This document shows, in pieces, positions 53,501-64,000 of a DNA stretch of 64,000 nucleotides. The translations under genes and the position numbers were made by a program. The notes beneath the pieces were generated by a model that was not told the DNA's origin, searched no databases, and saw only the letters and a list, made by a program, of their open reading frames with translations. The stretch's first letter is position 1. Every line of letters begins with the position of its first letter. The DNA lies in assembly GCF_002113885.1 (NCBI RefSeq), contig NW_018404512.1:1071642-1135641 (forward strand), in the 5' to 3' direction. This DNA comes from Mizuhopecten yessoensis (Eukaryota).

Positions 53501-56500
53501 TCAGTTCCGGATGTTATGTTTTTGTTTCCTCTCAGTTCCGGATGTTATGATGTTGTGTCTCCTTAGCTCCGGATACCTTTTAGTTGTTTCTCCTCAGTGA
53601 CGTATGTTATGTTGTTGTGTCTTTTTAGTTCTAGAACCTTTGCTGTTGTGAGTCCTCGTTTTCGAATGTTATGCTGCTGTGTCTCCTCAGTTAAGGATGT
53701 GATATTGTTTCTTCTCCTCATTTCTGGATGTTATGTTGATGTGTCCTCAGTGCCTGATCCTATGTGCTTGTGTGTCCTCAGTGCCTGATGCTATGTGCTT
53801 GTGTGTCATCAGTGCCTGATGCTATGTGTTTGTGTGTCAGTAGTTTCGGATGATATGTTGGCGCGTCTCCTTAGTTCCAGATGTTATCATGTTGTGTCTC
53901 CTTAGTTCAAGATGTTATCATGTTGTATCTCCTTAGTTCCAGATGTTGGCATGTTGTGTCTGATTTGTTCCGGATGATATTTTGGTGTGTTTCCTAGTTT
54001 CCTAGTTGTGCGATGTCAGTTCCGGATGTTGTGTTTTTGTTTCCTCTCAGTTCCGGATGTTATGATGTTGTGTCTCCTTAGCTCCGGATACCTTTTAGTT
54101 GTTTCTCCTCAGTGACGTGTGTTATGTTGTTGTGTCTTTTTAGTTCTAGAACCTATGTTGTTTTGAGTCCTCGTTTTCGAATGTTATGCTGCTGTGTCTC
54201 CTCAGTTAAGGATATGATATTGTTTCTTCTCCTCATTTCTGGATTTTATGTTGATGTGTCTCATCAGTGCCTGATGCTATGTGTTTGTGTGTCCTCAGTG
54301 CCTGGACCCACTTGTATAAAACATCTCTAAGTTTGAAAAATCTCAAGCAATGTATTGTCTATGGGAAATCTTAGACTTGAGGAAATCTCAAGAGTTGAGA
54401 TGTTTTATACAAGTTGGCCCTGCTGTTATGTATTTGTGTGTCAGTAGTTCCGGATGATATGTTGGTGTGTTTCCTTAGTTCCCGATGTTATCATGTTGTG
54501 TCGGATCTGTTCTGGATGTTATGTTGTTGTGTCTCTTTAGTTCCATTTGTTATGTTGTTATGTCTCCTAAATTCAACATGATAAATAATTAGTTCTCCTT
54601 AGTTCCGGATGTAGTGTTGTGTCTCCTTGGTTACAGATGTGCTGTTGGTGTGACTCCTTAGTTACAGATGTGATGTTGTGTCTCCTTAGTTACAGATGTG
54701 ATGTTGGTGTGACTCCTTAGTTACAGATGTGACGTGTTTGTGTCCCCTCAGTTCCGAATGTTATATTGTTGTGCATCCTTAGTTTCGGATGTTATTTTGT
54801 ATTTCCTACGTTTCGGCCATTATGTTGTTGTTTGTTGGCTCTATACGTGGTATAATATGTTTGCTATTTTACCTGGTTCTGCCTCTATCCTTTCCTGTTT
54901 TTCAATTGAAGCCGTTTGTCATTCATGCAAAGGAACTTCATGTTTGTTTCTAAGAAAACAATGTACATTGCACGTACAGCCCTCATGCTAGCATTTGTAT
55001 GTTTGGTATTTACTTTTAGTTTGTTAAATGTAACTGACCAAATATTTGTATCATTATATTAATATAGTATACAAAGTAGATCCTTTTTCAAATGTTTTAT
55101 TTATCAAATACATTCACCGAATTGACGTTTTATTATCAAAGTGGGTACAAATGTGACGCTGAATGCGGTAGTGACCCCGGGACTAAAAACGGCTTCTAGA
55201 GAAGTGTTTGGAAAACCTGTGATAGTTAAGGAGATACAATTCCAGTGTAACATTGAGAATAACAGTGACGTAGATCTTACTGCCTACGTCTATGATGTAC
55301 AGTGGTATATTAACGACAACAGCATTGTGACACACGGGAACATACCGTACGCCAACATAACAGAATCGGCGTTAAGGCAGTCGCAATGGATTAATACATT
55401 CACGCTCGGATTTCTGGTAAAGGAGTTTACATTTTTAATTATATTCATATCATTTATCAAATTGAAAGGTATTTTAATGGGTTTGTCAATACTCATCAGG
55501 TCCAATATTAACAATATGTGTTATTCAAATTGAAGTTTGAAACTTACTCCACCTGTTGTTATTTAGATCACTATACTAGTATGAACTTAACATGGTTATC
55601 ATAAAAGAAGATAGTTTAATATATCTTAGATGCTTTCATTGAGAATTTTGTTTTCAACGCTTTTTTCGTAATGAAAAGACAATTTTTTATACACAGGTTC
55701 AAATTTTCTGTCAGGAAAATGAGGGCAGCTTTTGCTTCTTTTGTTTGCAATGAAATATTCATGTACCCATCTGATATATGATGATCGATTGCCCCAACCC
55801 AATAGGTTAAGGCCTACACGAACCAGGCCAATATGACTTTTTTATTTTATTCTTTATTATATTTTCCAAACTTTTATGACATATACATACAATGTTCATG
55901 TGCGTCTGGAATCGCTTTTAAATAATGTACATCCTGTTCAAAATATTCGATCGGGTATCAGTATTCGTCATACATATATATATTAACAAATAAGTATACA
56001 TTCACATTTTTGATATAAAAAATAAACTTCCGGATATTCTTGTCCGTACTCTATTTTAATTATTATTGTATTACAATCTAGTTCTGATTTCCGGTTAGAG
56101 TCACGATGGTGAACAGAGTTCGCACAAACGTTATTATATGGTAAATATTAGTATATGTAATGCTTCGTATGGTATAACATCATCCAATTCAGCGAATTAA
56201 AGTGTCATGTTAGCGTTATAGTGGTGTGTCTAGAGTATAGTCAGAGTATAATCTATTAAAAAACATTTTCCTTTCCGAACCCTCCCCCCTCAATCTCCCA
56301 AAAAATTATCAGGCTTTAATGTGTATATGTGCTAGTTAACATACCTTGCAATACTTTGTAGTTCTGAATTGGTATAATTGTAGATTTTGTATCTATTATT
56401 GAGTTTGATTTTGTAAATACTTTTATATTTTCTAATAACACATGCTTAAACATTTTAAAAGTAGATAGTGGTGTCTGTCTCTTGTTTTGATATTTGATTA

Positions 56501-59500
56501 TATTTCTTTTCTTCCAGATAACCCATTTCATTGTATAGACAACAGTGTTTGTTAGTGCTGTGTTTGTATCTGAACATTCTCCTAACAATATTATTTTGTT
56601 TGTTCAATGTTATCAATAGTCCCTGTATTTTATTTATAACATTATTCTGTGTGAGTTGTACCATTTGAGTAACAACGTTACAATGAAAAAATAGGTGGCT
56701 AAATGTTTCTAATTCAATATTACACATATGACATATACCGTCGGATCGGTTCATAACATGGAGTTTATATTCCGTATAAATTATTTTGTGCACACATTTC
56801 CAGTGGAGTTCCCTTATTGTTGTTTCTGTTGCAATCAGTTTACATTTATTATTTCCCCATAATTTCTCCCAATTAAATGTTATTTTTCATAATTTTTGTT
56901 CCCTTACATAATGGCAAAATTGTTTCAAATTTATTATTTATGAAAAGGACTTCTGACTTAAGATTATCTATTTAATTATTTTTAGTATGATCTTTTAATA
57001 CTTTGAGAAAATTGAGAGGTATAGCTTTCCTAATTTTTGAGATTTCTGTTATCCAATTTTATTTATTGATAAGTTTTGTAAATATAATATCATTCCCTTT
57101 AAAATCCTTCATTTCATCATCCCAAATATCTGCTATTTTTGTGATACCAATTAATGAGAAGGACTGTATAAATAAGGCTTTGTTCCGAAACAGTATGTAG
57201 GTGTCCCAGATAAACGTTGGTTTAAAATGTCTTTATTGTCAAGAGGCGCGTTGACTCCTTTAAGTTTTGCCCATGCTTTCAAGCTATCTTCATAAAAAGT
57301 TGGTAGTATTTTGTTCATATCAAGGCCTTGTAGGTCCGAACAAGTGCACAGAAACGTTTTTGACATATACTTGATATCTAATTTAGTAAGATAGTATCTA
57401 TCTATAGAGTTTCAGTTCTCATATTTATAGTCGATTATCTTCTATATAGTTTTAATTTATTTATGTACATGTGTTTCAAGATCTACCATTCCAATACCTC
57501 CTTTCTATTTTACTATAACACATTTTTCTTTCCAGTTAATTTACTCTCCCATCCCAGATGTAAACCTAAATTATCTTGTTAATTTCTTTTAGATATTTAC
57601 ATGGTATGCCCTTCGCTCCTATTATAGATAATATTAGTGATTTAATGATTAAAGTTTTCAAGCTAAATGTTATGTTTCTGGTTTTCCAAATTTGCAGACA
57701 GTTTTTTTTATTTCGTTTATGTTTTCATGCCAAATTTTGTCATTATCTATCATATATCCATGATGAATTCCTAGAGTGTTCACATTTTTTTTGTGTCCAT
57801 TTTATGATATTAAATGTTGGGTCTTTTTTTCTTTTTTTTCCCCGCAATAATCCTATATACAAACCTTCAGTCTGTTCATAATTAATCTTGGCACCTGGTG
57901 CTTTTTCAAACGATTTTGATAGTTTAAATGCTTCTCGACTAAAAATTTCTGTTTGATTGACTAGCTGAGTATCATCTACAAACATACTTAATTTTATTTC
58001 CTTATCATTACCTGGTACTCTGATGCCTGCTATTTCTGGGTTTGCTCTGAAAGAACATGCAAGTGGTTCTGCTTGAATAATGTATAAATGTGAGGCGATC
58101 GGGCATCCCTGACGAGTTGATCTTGAGATGTTGAAATATTTAGATGTAAAACCATTAGTTTGGATACATGTTTTTGAACTTTTTAAAAGCATCTCAATCC
58201 AAGTACAAAATTAATACCAAAATTTAATTATTTAAAACATTTTAATACCCAACCCCGTTCTATCCTTTTGTTGGTCCAGAAATATAATTGAACCATCTCG
58301 TTCTTCCCTGTCACTAAAGTCTATTAAAACCTTTAACATTCTATTAGCATCCATACTCTTTCTACCTGGTATAAAGCCTTTCTGGTCAGGATGTATAAAT
58401 TTGTTTAAATTTGTTTTCAGTCGATTAGCCAAAATATGTGCAACTATCTTATAATCTACATTGAGTAAAGTAATTGGTCGCCAGTTTTTTAATTTCTTGT
58501 CTTTCTCCGTTTTTTTTAAGTAATCTTATTATTCCCTTAGTTTGACTCTTCGAAAGTTTGGTTTCAGTAAATATTTCCATGAGTTATTGTATGATCTCAG
58601 TTTTGATTAAATATGTTTGGTAACATTCACTTATAATTCCGTCCTCACCAGATAACTTGTTACTCTTTAAAGACTTGACAGCGTCGCTAATTTCTTTATT
58701 TTCTATCGATCTATCCATGTTCCTGCTTTCTTCATTAGATTTGTTTATTTTCTATAAATTGTGTTAAAAATTCTGCATTTTGTTCATCCCACTCTTCTGA
58801 TTTAAAAGCATATTATAAAAAGATGTCTGTTCTTCTAAAATGTTATCTACCCCAGTTTTGTATTTACCATCACGTCCTTTTATCTTATACCACTGTTTAG
58901 TTTCAGCATTTTTCTTGTTAAGGTTTAAGAAGTATTTGGTTGACTTTTTCATTTTCATCATATATTTATATTCTGCTCCGTACTCTAGCAGCATCTGTTT
59001 GATTAGTGTAGTATCTTTTTATTTTATATTTCAATTGTTCAATTTTATCAGTATTATTTTGATGGCTTTGATTATGTTCTAATGTCTCTAGCTCGTCTCC
59101 CGCATGTTTAATTTCTATCTTTGATATATGTATTTTTTTCCTATTTCCATACTTTTGTTTTATTTTAGTTTAGTAATTTCCCATCATTCATTTATACAAT
59201 TATACATATTTATTTAATTTTTCCACACTGACAAACATGTCTTAAATGCATTTTTAAAAATATCACTTGCTATTACTTTATAATTAATTTCCAATGTTCA
59301 CGGTCCTCGTTCTAGATCCATCAAAGATAGTTTGATAGTGTTTTAATCAAGATCACTATAAGGGCAGTATTTTATGTTAGCATTAATTATTTGGGAGTTT
59401 AAATTATTTTCTGTTAAGATCAAATCAATTCTTTATTTGGAACTGCCACGTTTAAAAGTATATTTTAATGAATCCGGATTTTTTCGCAATATGTCGGATA

Positions 59501-62500
59501 AGTTGTGGTGTATCATGAGGTTGACCAGTTGTGTATTTCCGACATCCGCGGATGGTTGTAAAAGTTATCTGTCTTTTGTTTTATCCACTACAGAGTTAAA
59601 ATCACCCATTATGATTTTTTACCGACGAATCATTACAAAAATATTTATGTAAATATGTTAAAAAATCCTTTCTTTCCCTTCCTTGATTGGGACAGTTTAT
59701 ATTTGTAAGATCATACTGTTTTTGTTCACAATGGACTTAACATGCCCTCACTCTTCCACACTGGTCTCTGTAATATTCAGAAATTTTGAAGTCAGAGCTA
59801 TTGTTAAAAAGTGTACCAACTTCCTTAGAATCGGTCTTACCATTGTTCCATAAACTGTTTCCCCCTCCAACATCTTTCAAGTTGTTATTCTATTGTTTTG
59901 AATCAAAATCTGTGCAATGTGTCTCCTGTAAACATACAGTATCATAATTTTGATTTTTGACCCAATTAAATATTCTATTCCTCTTTTTATCATCTCGTAA
60001 GCCATAAACATTTAAACTAGCAAAACTGTATTTTTTCATGGAAGTTTGATATATAAATTAATTTATCAATTGGGATACATTAATCTATATCCCTCCACCC
60101 ACCCCAGTACATTAATTGATTGGTTTTGTGAAAATTCATTTTACCACATATACAAATCTTAAACAATACTTGCACCCTATGGTACATTTTTAGCCTTAAC
60201 ATGGTATTTGAAATAAAATGATCACATATACAATATATAAAAACATTTTTTTCTCCTTTCCTTCCTCTGTTTACATTCACACATAGGTAATGATTAATCC
60301 GAGTATAGAAATTGATTTCAAGTGTAGCTATACATATAATATTTACTAGTATTTCCATGCTCGTACCTTCATATAACAACTTTATAAAGTAGTGGCTGTT
60401 TTCACTACTAAAACTCGTTTCATATGCATAGATGAGTAGAATACTCATATATTCATCCATAAATACATGTTACTTAGGAATTTACTAATTTCCATGTAAC
60501 AATTCATTTCATTCCCATACATAATTATAATATAGTTATTAAATACATACTTATGCATGATACAGCCTACTATGAGATATACTGTGGCGCCTTGTTCGTG
60601 AAGTAGTTCAAATGGTTACTATTTTCAAAGCACTATTTAATTTCAGATGCATGTATACAGAGTAATACAAATAGCATATTCTTTATGTTTTGTACAATAT
60701 GTTCATGCACATGTGCATAAATTAACATACTTGTGTAAACAGTTCTATCCTTCCTATCACACTTACTCAAATAGTCGACACTTATTCCCCAAAGCCAGAG
60801 AGTGAAAAGTTTTGTACTGTTATTTTTCCATTCTTTACACTCGGACTTAAAATACTATTACTATTTCCTGTATGGAAATACATCGTGTTACATGCATATA
60901 TATTTTCAATATTATTAACAACTTCATAAAGCATACTCACTGAGACTATGTCTCTTTCATTGTTTACATTCATAATTGTATTTGAATAATTTAACATTTT
61001 TTGGTATTAATGGAGAATACAAATCAAACGAATTAAAATGTACTTACCTCAAACTGTAAATACTTTACTTCACAAGAAAATCTTAAGGTGGCACCGTAAT
61101 AAATAAGGGATCCATCGGACACGGTTACTTGACCGGGGTCCGTAAGCATGCTTCATGACTGATATACCGCGGGGTCTCGAACAAAAATACTCGGATGGTG
61201 CCATGCACGTTCGAGCAGGAAATTAGAAACGTCCTACCGTATCTTGACCAGAACACGATTTATCTAATTAGACTATGTTTTCATTTATTATTTGTTTTCT
61301 CATCTATTGTAAATTACAGGTTTAATTGTATACAGTTAAAATAACTAACAATAGTAGCATCACTACCAGCATATTTGACAAAGTGAGTGTAAAAAGGGAA
61401 TGCAAGAATATGTCCAGACAGAGAGTAAGGATGTGATGTTAATGGTATAACATCGAATAAGAATGATGTATACGAGTTGAGCGTGGATACTTGTTATAAA
61501 TTAAATAATATGACTTTAAAAAGATAAAATACCGATAATGAACAATTTAAAAAAAAAGTGTAAAAACATTAAAAAAAAGAGAGAAAAAAAATACAATGAT
61601 GAAATGGCTCGGTGCCAAGCACCATATATACGATATAGAGCAGAAAAAAATAACAATAAATTTAACAACCACATGCATTCTAACTACTCACATACTAACA
61701 AAAAAAGTAGACTAATGAATTGCAGGGGCTTATTATAATAATTAGACAACAAAAATGAAGAGCCTACTCTAAGTAAAAAAAAAAAAACATGTTCACAGGT
61801 GAAGTGCGCAGTACGTGTCCGGGTTGTGTCTGATGGTCCGCCGGCCCCGTACAGCTACAGCAGTGATTTTTATGCAGGCTTTACTGTAAGTTTCCCTTAA
61901 TAATTTGAATTATTCGTTCGATGTTTGTGTTCACATTTTGTTCAAAATTTGTATTGATATGAAAAGAAGATCACCAAAGTGTTAGATAATTATTTTAATC
62001 TTTTCCATTAGCTAACAAATTTTCCGTTTATATGTAATGTCTAAGTATAAGAAAGCATCTGCCGTAATTTAACATGTACCTTCATTTATTATATTTTTCA
62101 GACTGACGCTTCCCAGTATACCGTTTTGGAAAGTGGCAGTATTAACGTGACGGTCAGACTGACAATTCCAATCGACTGTATGTATCTAGCAGCATCTACT
62201 CCTGCTGAGTACGTATCGCTTTGACCTTTTTGTTCTTTTAATTTTGTTGTTGTTTTCTTTTACATCTCATTATATTGGCTATGTTGATTTATAAAGGGAT
62301 TCACTAAAAATCCATTTTATTGTAGTATATAAACGACATGGCACAGAATAATCATTCCTCTCTACATAACAACCAACGGTGTAAGAGATCTAACGACACC
62401 CCAAAGTACAACGGGGGCATCAGCATCTGACAATGCAAAACTCTAGTAGAAGGAGATAACGCTAATCGCTTCGTATAATCATGGTGTGGTATAACGTAGG

Positions 62501-64000
62501 CAAATTCTTTTCCAATAACTTATATATGATCATCATTGATCGTTGATGCTTAGTACGCAGAACTACTTACATTAACTATCATGTGTAAAGGAATTTATCA
62601 TTTCCATACCCGATATCGATATAGTGTATATATGATTCATTTGTAATAGATACATGATCAAAGTTTTTTTTTATTAATGAAAGAAATGTTAAACATCAAA
62701 GTTTGCCAGCAAGGGCAATTTTTAGCTATTTTTAAATCCAAATGAATCAAACTTCTCCATGTCTTCATCAACCTCTATAGTTTGAAAGTATTAGAACAAA
62801 AAACTGATCTTCTGTCCCATTACAACATCTGTCATTTCCACTCAACTGTTGAAGACGTTTAACTTAGTTACACAAACAAATCTGAAATTTTGTGTTTGTG
62901 GTTCACTTTCTTATTTGAACAATTTCCTCCTTAAATCTAGACACAGCGTTCTGATATTTAGCTTGTAGACACTTTGGATGGAGTGCTTAAAATAATTCTG
63001 GTATATTAACATTTACTTACTTTCAAGGTCACAGGTTTCAAATATATTAAAAAACACAACAAAAACTGTTGCTAAAGATCCAGAAGGTTTAGATCGATGA
63101 TACTTGTATATATTATGTAGACCAGCAGTGTAAATCTTTGTCTGGTATATTGTGTTCTTTTCAAAGGTTAACTTCTGGCATTGGGCAAAGTGAATAATGG
63201 GTAAACATGACATATCCCTCCTTTTGTTCCTTAGGGCCGAGGCTCATGACATCGATAGAGTGCTATTAAGTAATTTAAGTACTTGGGTTATAACTTGGAC
63301 GCGGTTGCTATCCCCTTCAAAAAGCAATATATAAGTATGCGTGTTCGGCATGAAGAAAGTTACGTAAGTATGTTACATAGATAAGAACTGGAACGTCGCT
63401 CTGCCCCTGCCACTTGAGGCATAGATTTTAATCATTATATGGAAATGATTGAGATCCTAACCCTATAACTATATATCCAAACACAAGAATCTCATTCAGA
63501 ATTCCTATTATGAAATATCCTTGGGACCAGAGAGAGGGAGACCAAATTGGGAAATGTTTGCAAAACAATTACTACCTTTAAGCAGAATGTTGTGCAATGA
63601 TTCCTTATATGCCTATCCTTTATCACCGTCTGTTTATTTCCTTCAGTTAAATAAGTTGTTGCTATTTATATATACGATTGGAATAAGAGGAAAGTTTATT
63701 TTTAAAATAGGTTCTTGCAATGACCAAACATAATAAAATAACATTTTTTCCAGAATTGCAAAGGCCGTGAAAGATGATTGTACTCTTTCGATTCGTGTAA
63801 GAGCGCCAACTTATTATGAAGATGGTCACCTCAGGTGTACAGTAAGTGGAGTAACAGACGAGTCTGTGACCTTTACGAATGCAGGCTGCGGGATAGTGTT
63901 TCCCTTTAATGACTGGAATATACCCAGAACCTTACAAGTATTTGGATCAGCTGATAATACCGTCAGCAAAATGGACAGCAGAACAATAAATATCCGTTTT
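47580..64000 (+). CDS. VWDE-like secreted protein (von Willebrand factor D and EGF domain family), 5' part, runs off window
   Basis: Exons: 47580-47649 (signal peptide MLLITANAILLAFINLLQNTGAQ), 51432-51629 (DPC..DDSWRS..CD..WYR..MPT..CGT.FPIWM), 52273-52431 (C..C..IRVKKC..FYVYEL..AYCFG), 53001-53063 (PCPVGQTSDTGFTPGC), 55142-55416 (FQC..YDVQWYIN), 61799-61885 (VKCAVR..FYAG), 62102-62208 and 63754->64000. All are AG/GT, phase-compatible and open. The UMOD/GP2/OIT3-type Cys domain followed by this arrangement matches VWDE-family N-termini. The VWD domain itself is outside the window. Confidence 0.88.
48826..48897 (-). mobile_element. Probable SINE 3'-end fragment
   Basis: Minus strand ...gacgttaaaccctatacaaccaattaaccaacaaaaccaa gives a simple-repeat tail like mollusc tRNA-derived SINE ends (recollection, unverified). 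Confidence 0.4.
49014..49179. mobile_element. Small foldback/MITE-like inverted repeat
   Basis: ctcttgggagcaggtattgattgttacgtca is perfectly inverted as tgacgtaacaatcaatacctgctcccaagag. Outer arms are tgcgtattg/caatacgca. Confidence 0.8.
49344..49449. repeat. Imperfect ~105-bp palindrome
   Basis: atgaaagcataaata...ccggcatttgttt / aaacaaatgccgg...tatttatactttcat. Confidence 0.75.
50331..50709 (+). mobile_element. Hairpin-headed element (Crypton-like architecture)
   Basis: Starts tagagg like the 8067 element. Palindrome gatctgtcat...atgacagattc spans 50336-50478. tttatcatat is inverted as atatgataaa at ~50700. A partial copy lies at 50153-50222. Confidence 0.65.
53460..54830. repeat. Degenerate ~30-bp tandem repeat with an internal ~260-bp duplication
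   Basis: Recurrent gatgttatgttgttgtgtctccttagttcc. 53490-53745 is repeated at 54006-54260. Confidence 0.88.
54305..54419. mobile_element. Short MITE, PIF/Harbinger-like (3-bp CTG TSD)
   Basis: TIRs gacccacttgtataaaacatctc / gagatgttttatacaagttggcc, flanked by ctg...ctg, interrupting a cagtgcctg.tg.tatg repeat unit. Confidence 0.75.
55838..60040 (-). mobile_element. Degraded L1/Tx1-clade LINE ORF2 (APE-RT-zinc finger) + 3'UTR, antisense in VWDE-like intron
   Basis: FASLNVYGLRD..VCLQETH, GDFN, NWRPITLLNVDYKI, IHPDQKGFIPGR, RQGCPI..IIQAEPL, MFVDDT and CHMCNIELETFSHLFFHC occur in order. An A-rich 3' end lies near 55838-55860. The element may extend upstream to ~61780. Confidence 0.93.

Noticed and set aside
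53347-54991. Several Cys/Val-rich short ORFs
   Set aside because: They derive from the degenerate 30-bp intronic repeat.

Overview
AT-rich eukaryotic genomic DNA. Repeat types and gene content suggest a mollusc, probably a bivalve (inference). No prokaryotic features were found. Three layers are visible. (1) Minus strand, ~0.95-25.4 kb: a tandem cluster of spliced genes encoding signal peptide + C-type-lectin-like domain (CTLD) + PAN/Apple-like domain + a Ser/Thr stalk built from 24-nt micro-exons. The ectodomain exons are open and phase-compatible, but downstream lie decayed relics resembling GAIN/GPS and family-B 7TM segments. These look like adhesion-GPCR paralogues whose receptor half has decayed. 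(2) Plus strand, 47.6 kb to the window end: the first 8 coding exons of a VWDE-like secreted protein with a UMOD/GP2/OIT3-type Cys-rich N-terminal domain. (3) Dense repeats: about ten minisatellite arrays (22-88 bp units), degraded CR1/L2 and L1/Tx1 LINEs, MITEs and hairpin-headed elements. One 3.4-kb minisatellite derives from the ORF2 sequence of the LINE that contains it. All exon calls and translations are manual; no searches were run.
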